Of a stretch of 64,000 bases of DNA, positions 30,630-39,774 are shown piece after piece. The translations under genes were made by a program, and so were the position numbers. The notes below the pieces were generated by a model that saw only the letters and a program-made list of their open reading frames with translations, had not been told where the DNA came from and did no database searches. The DNA comes from a virus: IMG/VR virus record IMGVR_UViG_3300024261_001362, positions 32,706 through 96,705 of that record; one strand, written 5' to 3'. Within the stretch, counting starts at the first letter, position 1; each line of letters begins with the position of its first letter.

Positions 30630-31444
30630 AGATTATCCTTATATAGAGCTTCGATGATATTTTGTAATCTCGCAATAGTCTTCCCTTTACCTTGATTTTC
30701 AATAACATAATCAAAATTTTTCTGTTTGTAGTTTTTCTTATCTAATTGAGTTTCACTCGGATGTTCATCTTTAAATAGATTTCTATTCAATTTAATGACA
30801 ATACCACCGGCATCTTTAATAACATCAACCTCATTTGGAAACCTAACATCAGCTACAATTGCTAATTCAGATTGTTCTTCGGTAATTCTATTAACTGTAT
30901 TTTGACACCAAATTGGTTCCCAAATCTTTCTCATGATATCAGTGCCGAAGTGTTGCATGAATTCACGTGCGGTCATTGGGCCGTCATCTTTTAGTTGAAG
31001 ATTATATCTTTCTGGGTACTGAGTGTATCCGCTAACTACACAGTCCTGCCTTATTGACCAGTCTATTGGAGCCATTACTCCTGGCATATTTTCCCACCTC
31101 AAATGTTCGACAGGTTGATCTTTCTGTTCATTAGTTCCGAATACATTCTCAGGCGGGATCTCGAAAAGATCGATACATATCGTCTTCAAAGAGTCAGCGA
31201 AGCTGTATAGCTTAACGTATGGATACATAGCTCTTTCTGCATAGCTAATAAATTCATTGTCTTTTCTAGTTATATCAAATTCAGCCCATTCTAAAATTTC
31301 ATCTGTCTTAATCAACAATTGACCATCTGGAGAAATAGTATACTCAGATATCATTCCTTGTTCTTTTAATACAATACCATGTAAGATATTGGCAACAGTA
31401 TTTTTCCCTGATTGCTTTTTTCCTGCTATACCTATTAACCTCAT
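30623..31444 (-). CDS. deoxynucleoside monophosphate kinase
   Basis: GKKQSGKNT P-loop, FADSLK, REFMQHFGT, DVRFPNE, HPSE. Confidence 0.88.
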   Translation of the reverse strand: MRLIGIAGKKQSGKNTVANILHGIVLKEQGMISEYTISPDGQLLIKTDEILEWAEFDITRKDNEFISYAERAMYPYVKLYSFADSLKTICIDLFEIPPENVFGTNEQKDQPVEHLRWENMPGVMAPIDWSIRQDCVVSGYTQYPERYNLQLKDDGPMTAREFMQHFGTDIMRKIWEPIWCQNTVNRITEEQSELAIVADVRFPNEVDVIKDAGGIVIKLNRNLFKDEHPSETQLDKKNYKQKNFDYVIENQGKGKTIARLQNIIEALYKDNLC

Positions 31445-32484
31445 CAGTACAACCCTTTCAGTTTAGATGTAATTTTCTCTTGAATTGATTCAATACACAT
31501 ATCACCAATGTCCTTCTTGGGCATTTTGGGAAATTTTAAAGTGAATAATCTACTTAGTTCTCTCTTGATTTTTATTTTAGACTCTCTACCAGCTTGATCA
31601 TTATCTGTCAATACAATTAATGTTGTTACTCCAGATTTTAATAGTGTATCCTTCTGGTAATGTGATATATCTTTACCAAAAAGTCCTACACAATTTTCTA
31701 CTCCAGCTTCATACATTTTCCATACATCACCTTGACCTTCAGTTAAAAACAAACACGAAGTTTCAGTTGCTTTACTAAATGCTCTATGGTGATTATATAG
31801 ATGTTGTGCTTTTTTAAATCCATCTGAGTATAAATATTTTGGTCTTACATAGTCCTTATTAGATCTTGCTATAAAAGCAATCTGGTTACCCATATTGTTA
31901 TGTACTGGAATAATTGATCTACCATACATATAGGACTTTTTATCTGAACAATCTCTGATATTAAAATGTTTTAACGTGGAACGAGAAAATCCCCTTTGCT
32001 CAAAATACTCTGACCTATTACTTGTTTTAATATTTGGGAAAGAACAGTTAGTATATGTCTCCTGCTTTTTCTTATTAAAGATCTTAACCATCGTAGAAAA
32101 ATCAGATTCTACTTTTTCTTCTGGCTCATCTAAAAATTCAGCATCTGAAATGTTATATATTTTACAAACAAATCTCAAGACATCGCTAAACGATGCTTCA
32201 TTCTCTTTTGATAATACTCCTCTAATAAATCCAAGTATGTCTGTATTATATTGTTCATGACACCCTCGCGTCCAGCATCGCCAAGACATCTTACTCTTTG
32301 ATATTGATAGCCCATGAGGATTATCACTTGCCTCATGTATCGGACAACACATAAAGTAATTATCATCTTTCTTTTGGAAAGATAATTCTAAATTGTTTAA
32401 CAACAATTCTATGTCTCGAAAAATAATTTGTTTGACTTTATTCAAGTCTAATTTTTTATTTGCCGGTTGCTTTGTTGTACTCAT
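31444..32484 (-). CDS. dnaG: DNA primase (DnaG type)
   Basis: CPIH...C...C zinc finger; TOPRIM EGQGD and DNDQAG. Confidence 0.88.
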   Translation of the reverse strand: MSTTKQPANKKLDLNKVKQIIFRDIELLLNNLELSFQKKDDNYFMCCPIHEASDNPHGLSISKSKMSWRCWTRGCHEQYNTDILGFIRGVLSKENEASFSDVLRFVCKIYNISDAEFLDEPEEKVESDFSTMVKIFNKKKQETYTNCSFPNIKTSNRSEYFEQRGFSRSTLKHFNIRDCSDKKSYMYGRSIIPVHNNMGNQIAFIARSNKDYVRPKYLYSDGFKKAQHLYNHHRAFSKATETSCLFLTEGQGDVWKMYEAGVENCVGLFGKDISHYQKDTLLKSGVTTLIVLTDNDQAGRESKIKIKRELSRLFTLKFPKMPKKDIGDMCIESIQEKITSKLKGLY

Positions 32485-32620
32485 ACCACAATAGTCCTAA
32501 ATTTGCTGTTGCATACGAAAACCACATTAACGTATGTGGATAATCTTTCTGTAAGATATTTCCAATGGCTCCCACTAAATAACATACTGTTGCTATACCT
32601 ATGGCTATAACTGTAATCAT
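32456..32620 (-). CDS. small two-TM membrane protein (54 aa)
   Basis: Not in the ORF track: MITVIAIGIATVCYLVGAIGNILQKDYPHTLMWFSYATANLGLLWYEYNKATGK; ATG overlaps the dnaB stop (TAATG). Confidence 0.7.
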   Translation of the reverse strand: MITVIAIGIATVCYLVGAIGNILQKDYPHTLMWFSYATANLGLLWYEYNKATGK

Positions 32621-34062
32621 TATTCATCTTCCTCGATTGGAATTTCAGCACCTTCGATAGCACCGTCAGCACCTCCACCTGCTCTGAGTTCATCTCTGGT
32701 ACGCAGTTCTAATAATTGAGCATGGTCTCCAACCATACGCATATTAATATAATTACCATCGTCCATTCCCGGACCATGTCTTGATACGATTGGTACGAGC
32801 TTTCTATTACCAGCATTGGGACCATCTTCAGCTAACTCTTCTGCTGACTTAGTTTTAAAAATAGAAAAAGATGTACATAACCAAATCAATCTATCAGACC
32901 CACTAACAGCATCTGTAGACTCTTTAGTTATACCATCTCTATTCAACTGTACAAATGACAAACAAGGAAACTCATACTTAACAGCTAAGTTGTGCAATGC
33001 TGTAATCTGAAATCCCAGTGCTTGGTATTCTTGTATATTATTAGTGATAGATCCAGATGTCATCAACTTCAAATAGTCATAGACAACAACACATTGGTTG
33101 GTTTTTCCATTCTCATCTTGACCAACTTCCTGCATAATCCATCGTTTAATTGTATTCAATATCTGTTCAAATGGAGCACCAGCAACAGTGACGTAGGTGT
33201 AGGGAATATCTTTAATATGATCAATTGCCTGCTTTACCTTGATGGTTTTTTCATCATCATCAGTAAATCGTCCGGTAGCTACTTCGTTAATCGGAACACC
33301 ACTAAGATTAGAAATAATACGATTAAGGTGGTCTTCCTTTGACATTTCAGTATCCAGCATTAATACTGGAATACCTTTAGCAGCTACGTTGATGGCGACA
33401 TTGTCACCAAAAACGCTCTTTCCTACTTTAGGTCTTGCAGATACTAAATCGACACAGCCCGGTCTCAAGCCGCCTCCAATAGCTGCATCATATCTAGCAA
33501 ATCCTGTTGGAATACCAATTTGATCACATTTGTTCTCAATGAGAAACTCAAGATATTCGTCTACACCATCGCCAATCCTTTCGGGTTTGTTACCAGTATC
33601 ATCTTCTCTTAAAAAATCTGTGATTGGGTTTTCTAAGATGTTGATGATTTCATCAATTGATTCATCACCGTTTATATCATCAATGTCTCTACCAATTTTA
33701 TTGGTTAGCTTCTTAATTTTCCTTGCGAACTCAAATTTCTTTATTTGTGCTGCAAAGTAAAGTACATTGTCTTTTTTTACAGGATATTCCATTAAGGAAT
33801 TTATATACTCTAATTCTTGATTAGAATTAATTATGTCTTGTAAATCTAATTTCTTAGCTACTGATAGCAAAGATGGTAGATCTATTTCTGCTCCATCTTT
33901 AATAATCTTTTCTATACATTTAAAGATAACCTGATTATTTTTATGAGAAAAACTATCACTATCAATAACATCGCATACTTCAACATATGATTCTAAACCA
34001 TATGAAAAAATACCTGCTAGGACCGCTCTTTCAGCACCTAGATCCATCAGATTGTTAGACAT
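32620..34062 (-). CDS. dnaB: replicative DNA helicase
   Basis: AERAVL, ARPKVGKS Walker A, TEMS, YDYLKL, QLNR. Confidence 0.93.
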   Translation of the reverse strand: MSNNLMDLGAERAVLAGIFSYGLESYVEVCDVIDSDSFSHKNNQVIFKCIEKIIKDGAEIDLPSLLSVAKKLDLQDIINSNQELEYINSLMEYPVKKDNVLYFAAQIKKFEFARKIKKLTNKIGRDIDDINGDESIDEIINILENPITDFLREDDTGNKPERIGDGVDEYLEFLIENKCDQIGIPTGFARYDAAIGGGLRPGCVDLVSARPKVGKSVFGDNVAINVAAKGIPVLMLDTEMSKEDHLNRIISNLSGVPINEVATGRFTDDDEKTIKVKQAIDHIKDIPYTYVTVAGAPFEQILNTIKRWIMQEVGQDENGKTNQCVVVYDYLKLMTSGSITNNIQEYQALGFQITALHNLAVKYEFPCLSFVQLNRDGITKESTDAVSGSDRLIWLCTSFSIFKTKSAEELAEDGPNAGNRKLVPIVSRHGPGMDDGNYINMRMVGDHAQLLELRTRDELRAGGGADGAIEGAEIPIEEDE

Positions 34063-34066
34063 TTAT

Positions 34067-34486
34067 TTATCCGGTACATTTGTTACAGCGATGGTATTCA
34101 CCAAACGCAAGTGCGGGATTAACAGAAAAGGTTTTACCACAAACATGACATTCTACTCTTTTCTTCCCTGGCTTAGAACGGTTTCTTGCAGTCCTTTTAA
34201 CATCTGGAGTTTCAATATCCATATGTTCAATACCATCATCTGTCCATCGGTTTTTTCTTGCTCTCACGGCTTGCCTCCCATTTTGTTGTTCCTTTCTAGA
34301 AACGGTAAAATCGTCGTTGACCCTTGCAGCGACTTTATTCTTTGGAGGATCAGAATGATAAGCTGAATCGTCATCTGGTGACGATGAAACTGTGAATTCT
34401 GATTCCTCCGGTGTATCATCCATTAACATCTGGATCATTTTTTGTTTTTGCTCTGGACTCAGTGATTTCAAGAAGTCTTCCATCAT
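34067..34486 (-). CDS. hypothetical protein with C-terminal zinc finger
   Basis: CHVCG...CNKC. Confidence 0.6.
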   Translation of the reverse strand: MMEDFLKSLSPEQKQKMIQMLMDDTPEESEFTVSSSPDDDSAYHSDPPKNKVAARVNDDFTVSRKEQQNGRQAVRARKNRWTDDGIEHMDIETPDVKRTARNRSKPGKKRVECHVCGKTFSVNPALAFGEYHRCNKCTG

Positions 34487-34968
34487 AGCTTTCTTCCTTT
34501 TTCAAGTAAGCAATCTGCCTTTTTTCTAACATTAAACTCTTTGTTTTTCAAGGATAGAATCCTACTTTCTGCCACAGATTTAAAATCAACCAATTTTTGT
34601 GCTACACTGTTTTCTTTAATAATCATCTGAGTCTTTAAATCATTGTTAGCATAAACATTTTGAAAGTCCATAAAGTCTCTAGCTACTATCTGATTAATCC
34701 ATTTATCACAAAAGTATATTACCGACTCCTGCCGTGACCTTTCACTGTTAATATGATCAGCATAATTATACAACATTAATGCGAAATTGAAACAATCATC
34801 TTGATTTAATTGCCTGATATTGTCAAGAGATAATCTTTCGGCTTCTCTAAAATCATCAGAATAGTTTAGGGAAGACAGATTTCTATTTTCGATGTACTCA
34901 TCTATTCTATCCAGAAATGTTTTGAGCTGTTCCTCACAGTGACTCAAGTTGTTCTCTCCAATCTTCAA
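34483..34968 (-). CDS. helical protein, possibly a recombination mediator
   Basis: Coiled-coil character and position near recA; function inferred only. Confidence 0.4.
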   Translation of the reverse strand: MKIGENNLSHCEEQLKTFLDRIDEYIENRNLSSLNYSDDFREAERLSLDNIRQLNQDDCFNFALMLYNYADHINSERSRQESVIYFCDKWINQIVARDFMDFQNVYANNDLKTQMIIKENSVAQKLVDFKSVAESRILSLKNKEFNVRKKADCLLEKGRKL

Positions 34969-35356
34969 TATCGTCAGAATATTTTAAAACGATTAAGTTA
35001 ATATTGTTTAATTCACACCATTCCTCTTTCAAGGAATCTCTTTTTATAGCCTGTATGTATTTGGCTTTGGTTTTGTGAAAGTATGGTACATACTCATAAT
35101 GTTGTTTACCATGAACCTCTACGCCAATCATAAGGTTTGGAATAAAGAAATCAAGGAATAATACAGATTTTAAATGAGGTTTTCTAGATCCGGGTAATTT
35201 TACTTCTTCTAAAATAGAATAACCAGCAAACATCTGGTGTAATAATTCTCTAGTCTTTAAATGGTACTGAGACTTCTTAGTAGTGTCATCTGCTCTAATG
35301 ATATAATTATCAAGTTTTACATTGTATTGTCTACCATTAAACCCAACAAATTTCAT
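34934..35356 (-). CDS. Vsr/DUF559-like endonuclease
   Basis: LDFFIP...VEVHGKQH...RD..K..WC. Confidence 0.75.
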   Translation of the reverse strand: MKFVGFNGRQYNVKLDNYIIRADDTTKKSQYHLKTRELLHQMFAGYSILEEVKLPGSRKPHLKSVLFLDFFIPNLMIGVEVHGKQHYEYVPYFHKTKAKYIQAIKRDSLKEEWCELNNINLIVLKYSDDIEDWREQLESL

Positions 35357-36456
35357 CCCAGCATCATATCCTTAACTTCTTCGTATATAAAGTCACAAAC
35401 TTCCTGATTATTTTCTAAAAACTCTGTTAAGTTTTGCATACCCTGAAACTTGAAAAACTTTTCTATACTTTCTGTATCATCCTTGACATCGTTCTTAGTT
35501 AGAATATTTTTAATAATTGGATTATCAACATTGTTAACACCAGTAGTTACTGTATACCACGCACCAGCCTTCTTGATCAAGCTCAATTCGGAAGCAATTT
35601 GTGCAATTTCTTGAACATGATCAATACCAACTCCATATTTAATCCAACTATCTGCTAATGAATTAGGAATACCACCAGCGGCAGATGTCTTAATCTTCCA
35701 GTGTGCCACCTGCCCAACATCATTACCAGAAGATGACTCCCATTTACCACGGTGAGTAATTACCATATTGGTGCCTGCCTGATATTGTAACATATTTCCA
35801 CCGTCAGACATCTTATTAGGTGAAAATCTACTACCACCAGTATTAGCAATGTTATGTGTGATAAAAATACAAATAGCACCCCTACGGGCTACATCACCGC
35901 TGATTCTTTTAAAGAACTGTGCTAACAGTCTTGGTAATGCGTTTCTAATTCCAGTTCTAATTTCACCATCAAGTTCATCTTGTGGTAACATATTAGATGT
36001 AGAATCAACAATGGTTACAAGATCATCTTGCTGTTTAATTAAAGTTTCGAGAGTATTTAAGTATTCTTCCGCAGAAATCACAGGTTTTGATTCTGATGTG
36101 CCAATAATCTTCACACCATCTGGGTCTAAACCTTTGATGGCATCCAGATGATGCTTACTCAGTCTACCCTCAACATCAAAATAGAAAACCTTCTTTCCAT
36201 ATTTCTGTGCCTGAGCAGCAAATGACAATGCTGTAACTGTTTTACCAGTCTTAGGATCGCCAGTCATAATAACAACATTCCCTTCTCGTATACCACCTCC
36301 AAGTGCAATATCTAAAGCTGGTGATACTGGAATGACTTTATGGTTGGACAAATCTTCAAGAACTTTACTTCCTTCTTGAATCAAATCACCCCACTTATTG
36401 ACAATTTGATTGCACACTGGATCATCTTTGAATTTATCATTCTTCTTTTTTGCCAT
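35353..36456 (-). CDS. recA: RecA/UvsX-like recombinase
   Basis: ALDIALGGG, GDPKTGKT, FDVE, VDS, KAGAWY. Confidence 0.88.
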   Translation of the reverse strand: MAKKKNDKFKDDPVCNQIVNKWGDLIQEGSKVLEDLSNHKVIPVSPALDIALGGGIREGNVVIMTGDPKTGKTVTALSFAAQAQKYGKKVFYFDVEGRLSKHHLDAIKGLDPDGVKIIGTSESKPVISAEEYLNTLETLIKQQDDLVTIVDSTSNMLPQDELDGEIRTGIRNALPRLLAQFFKRISGDVARRGAICIFITHNIANTGGSRFSPNKMSDGGNMLQYQAGTNMVITHRGKWESSSGNDVGQVAHWKIKTSAAGGIPNSLADSWIKYGVGIDHVQEIAQIASELSLIKKAGAWYTVTTGVNNVDNPIIKNILTKNDVKDDTESIEKFFKFQGMQNLTEFLENNQEVCDFIYEEVKDMMLG

Positions 36457-36895
36457 CGAACTTAAGATTCCTTAATTTATTTAGTTTAGATTTCTTACCA
36501 AACCTTGTTCCACGAGTCTCAGCATCTTCTTTAACATCAAGCTTTTGAACTTCTTGTTCTTTTTCCTTCTTGACGATATTGTTATACTTTTTAATAATAG
36601 GAATTGCCCTCTTGTTCTTTAATGAAAAGATTTTTCCCCATTCTTTAGAGTTAATAGCTCTTACTACAGCCTCTTCACTGTATTCATTAATTATTTTATT
36701 AGCAGCGATCAATTGTTTTTTAAATGTCCAATCCCAAGGCTTTACACTCCAAAACTTAAATGGTAATGAACCGACATTTTTATATTCAGCATATTTCATA
36801 CACATAATCTCAGCGACATATGCTGCACATGTACAATGATCGCCAGTAGATTGATGTTTATACTTACTTTTTTCGGTTCTTTTTCTTTTAGCCAT
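36437..36895 (-). CDS. basic hypothetical protein
   Basis: Probable start MAKRKR at 36895. Confidence 0.6.
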   Translation of the reverse strand: MAKRKRTEKSKYKHQSTGDHCTCAAYVAEIMCMKYAEYKNVGSLPFKFWSVKPWDWTFKKQLIAANKIINEYSEEAVVRAINSKEWGKIFSLKNKRAIPIIKKYNNIVKKEKEQEVQKLDVKEDAETRGTRFGKKSKLNKLRNLKFDGKKEE

Positions 36896-37289
36896 TACGT
36901 ATGAGTGCTTCTTCGAAACAATCTTCAACGTCATCTTCCAATTCTTTCTCAACGATTAACTCTGGAACTAACCACATCTGTTTATATACAATGCCATCTT
37001 TAAGAATACCAGTTGTATAAAACTGTTTATTCTCGGAACCCATCTGACCCATAATTGATCGTATTAAATAGACACCTTCAGCATCTTCTAAATCAATTTC
37101 AATCTTATGAGATCTAAATTGTAGTTGCAACTCTTTAATAAAAAGTCCTTCGTCTTCGCATTTCTTTTTTACGGTCTTCCATCCTTCAAATTCATCGTAA
37201 TAAAATTCCTCACCATTTGTAAGTTGAATTTTTATCCAAATTGCTTCTTTATTTCTTCTATAAGATTTTATCCATTCTTGATCATTCAT
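36888..37289 (-). CDS. hypothetical protein
   Basis: Coupled ORF in the operon. Confidence 0.6.
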   Translation of the reverse strand: MNDQEWIKSYRRNKEAIWIKIQLTNGEEFYYDEFEGWKTVKKKCEDEGLFIKELQLQFRSHKIEIDLEDAEGVYLIRSIMGQMGSENKQFYTTGILKDGIVYKQMWLVPELIVEKELEDDVEDCFEEALIRNG

Positions 37290-37588
37290 TATTTTATCCT
37301 AGTAACACAGTGTTCTTGCCTTGGTGCTATAGCATTGTTTTGCCTTGCCACATCAGATAACTCTGAAGCATTTTGTGTCATCACCGTGGCACCACCTTGA
37401 TGTGCAAATTGACTACCAGCAGTTAATACAGAATCACTTTCCTCTTTATCTTTACATTTAGTTACACATCTTTTCACAAGACTTTTCGCTCTGTCAAGCT
37501 CCTTACATATCTCATCTATTTCCATCATCTTATAATGGTGCTGAATATAAAATTCTTCAGCTTTTCCGAGTGGTCCTTTTTTAGTCAT
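37289..37588 (-). CDS. hypothetical protein, possible HTH
   Basis: IDEICKELDR...V pattern. Confidence 0.55.
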   Translation of the reverse strand: MTKKGPLGKAEEFYIQHHYKMMEIDEICKELDRAKSLVKRCVTKCKDKEESDSVLTAGSQFAHQGGATVMTQNASELSDVARQNNAIAPRQEHCVTRIK

Positions 37589-37904
37589 TTAAAAATCCCC
37601 TTTGTGCTCTTGTCATATACAAACTATTTTTAGTCGTTAAATACATCATATAAAAATCAAATGTATTTTTAGATACTCTTTTCATATCAATTGGTAAATT
37701 TCTTTCGCGACGACCATATATTCCAATTGGATCAAACGGAGAATTATCGTAGACCCTTATATAATAGTATTGTCTATCGTTTTTCGCAATGATTTTAGCG
37801 TAAAATTTTTCATTTTCTCCAGAAATTTCTTTTCCATCCTTGTTAAACCAGACTTCTTCCGCCTCAACCTTTGGTATATCTGGTTCTTCATTTATATATT
37901 TCAT
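37581..37904 (-). CDS. hypothetical protein
   Basis: Coupled ORF. Confidence 0.6.
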   Translation of the reverse strand: MKYINEEPDIPKVEAEEVWFNKDGKEISGENEKFYAKIIAKNDRQYYYIRVYDNSPFDPIGIYGRRERNLPIDMKRVSKNTFDFYMMYLTTKNSLYMTRAQRGFLND

Positions 37905-38248
37905 TTCTTACCTTCCATAATATATCTTTGTTTCTGTTGCTGAGTCATTTTATTAATTTCAGCTCTACTTGCCTCTCCCTTATGCCAAGGCACAGGTGAA
38001 GCATTAGCTTCTTTCTTTTTAGCTTTGTTTTCGTTATCAAGAGATTTAAACTTCTTAAAATTTTTATCCGCGAGTTGACCAATAGTTGTTGTGCTACGCA
38101 CAGAAACATGGCAACCACCATAAATAACTCGTTCTAATTTAAGATTTCCACACTCAGGACATTTTTTTAAAGGCTTATCCTTGATGGATTGCTCAATATC
38201 ATTTAATTCATAATCACAGTCTTCACAAATGTAATCATATGTCGGCAT
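37901..38248 (-). CDS. FmdB-family zinc-ribbon protein
   Basis: MPTYDYICEDC...CPECG. Confidence 0.85.
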   Translation of the reverse strand: MPTYDYICEDCDYELNDIEQSIKDKPLKKCPECGNLKLERVIYGGCHVSVRSTTTIGQLADKNFKKFKSLDNENKAKKKEANASPVPWHKGEASRAEINKMTQQQKQRYIMEGKK

Positions 38249-38915
38249 CCTCTTTCTCCAGTGCTGTTAAAATATCACCTAAAATTCCATTCCTTTGAAT
38301 GTCGGAATAAGTTAAATCACAAATTGAAACTCCATTAATACCATTAAGTTTTTGGATACATCTACTTAATCCACTATTATTTTTAATATCAGTTTGATTA
38401 GTATCACCATTGATTAAGACTTTAGAATTCTCACCCATTCTCGTGATAAACATTTTGATCTGTTCAAATGTACAATTTTGAGCTTCATCTAAAATCATAT
38501 AGCAATTATGAAAAGTAGATCCTCTCATAACTTCTAATGGTTGATAACTAATTTTACCATCATTAAAATATAGTCCGTAATATGCTTGACCAAGAAAATG
38601 TTTAAAGTTTTCTTGCATAGGCATTAAATATGGAGCTATTTTATCTAATAATTCTCCGGGTAACGAACCAATATCTTTACCAGCACATACTAATGGTCTT
38701 GTAATTATTATCTTATCAATATCTCCACGATGAAGATGTTCAGCCGAAATACCAGCAGCGATAAATGATTTTCCACAGCCCGATGGGCCAGAGCAAAAAA
38801 CAACATCATTTTCTATGATAGATTTAATGTAATTTCTTTGATTTTCTGTTTTTGCCTCTAATACTTTAATTTTTTGTGGACTAGCTTTTGACCGACCATT
38901 TCTTCTTTTTGCCAT
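38235..38915 (-). CDS. phoH: PhoH-family ATPase
   Basis: GPSGCGKS, TRP, LPG, MRGSTF, LDEAQN, TRMG, GD..Q.D. Confidence 0.93.
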   Translation of the reverse strand: MAKRRNGRSKASPQKIKVLEAKTENQRNYIKSIIENDVVFCSGPSGCGKSFIAAGISAEHLHRGDIDKIIITRPLVCAGKDIGSLPGELLDKIAPYLMPMQENFKHFLGQAYYGLYFNDGKISYQPLEVMRGSTFHNCYMILDEAQNCTFEQIKMFITRMGENSKVLINGDTNQTDIKNNSGLSRCIQKLNGINGVSICDLTYSDIQRNGILGDILTALEKEDADI

Positions 38916-38941
38916 TAATTAGAACCTCGCTTATAAGTATA

Positions 38942-39541
38942 TTATGTTCCTGAACTACCGAATCCGCCTGAGTTCCTATCCGTTTCACTCAAGTCCGTAG
39001 TTTCAATTAATTTAAATTTTGGAACTTCTTGGAACAAAATTTGGGCTATTCTGTCTCCAACTTCGATGGTTACTGGCATTGCACCAGTATTTAATAAGCA
39101 AACTTTTATCTCACCCCTATAACCAGAATCAATTACTCCAGCTAATACATCAATACCTTTTTTAACTGCCAAACCAGACCGTGGCCAAATCAAACCAACA
39201 AATGAATTTGGCATAGCTAATGATATACCAGTATTAATTGTTTTTCTTCCGCTTGGTAATATAGTTTTTGACTCACAACTATATAAATCCCAACCAGCGT
39301 CTGATTCATGTGCTTTACTGGGGAGTTTAGTATTTGGTTGTTTTCTGGTAACATTAATCTCCCAAAAATTACCCATCACCTGATCAATACATTCCAAATG
39401 TCTACCAACAGTATTGGTAGTTTCCCCTTCTGGATAGTGATTAGGATTAGCAAAAACATTAAAGAAAAGATCTTTAGGTTGTTTTGATCTACGTTCTTGC
39501 ATATCTGCTAATTGCCTTTTTCTTGCTTGATGGTCACTCAT
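38942..39541 (-). CDS. dut: trimeric dUTPase with N-terminal extension
   Basis: AGWDL, PRSGLA, GVIDSGYRGE, RIAQ, R..GGFGSSG. Confidence 0.93.
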   Translation of the reverse strand: MSDHQARKRQLADMQERRSKQPKDLFFNVFANPNHYPEGETTNTVGRHLECIDQVMGNFWEINVTRKQPNTKLPSKAHESDAGWDLYSCESKTILPSGRKTINTGISLAMPNSFVGLIWPRSGLAVKKGIDVLAGVIDSGYRGEIKVCLLNTGAMPVTIEVGDRIAQILFQEVPKFKLIETTDLSETDRNSGGFGSSGT

Positions 39542-39570
39542 AGTTACCCTTTCTGTTTATATTCATGGTA

Positions 39571-39732
39571 TTAGCCCCTCCTTTCAATAGCACTATTAAC
39601 AATAGAGTTAGCACCCTTCTCTGAGCTGGCATAGCCTACATGCTTCCTTTGATCGTCGATAATAATATAACAGTACCATCGCTGTTCTTTTTCGTTTTTC
39701 TCACTAAATCCACCAGTAGGTTTACTTGCCAT
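39571..39732 (-). CDS. stand-alone AP2-like domain (53 aa)
   Basis: Not in the ORF track: MASKPTGGFSEKNEKEQRWYCYIIIDDQRKHVGYASSEKGANSIVNSAIERRG; fits the AP2 pattern RW...I...KHxG. Confidence 0.55.
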   Translation of the reverse strand: MASKPTGGFSEKNEKEQRWYCYIIIDDQRKHVGYASSEKGANSIVNSAIERRG

Positions 39733-39774
39733 CTCTACTCACTTTCTATCCGACTACATAGAGTAAGACAATTC

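Noticed and set aside
32481-32693. 70-aa ORF in the track between dnaB and dnaG
   Set aside because: Wrong frame; the overlapping 32456-32620 ORF has a coupled start and membrane-protein composition
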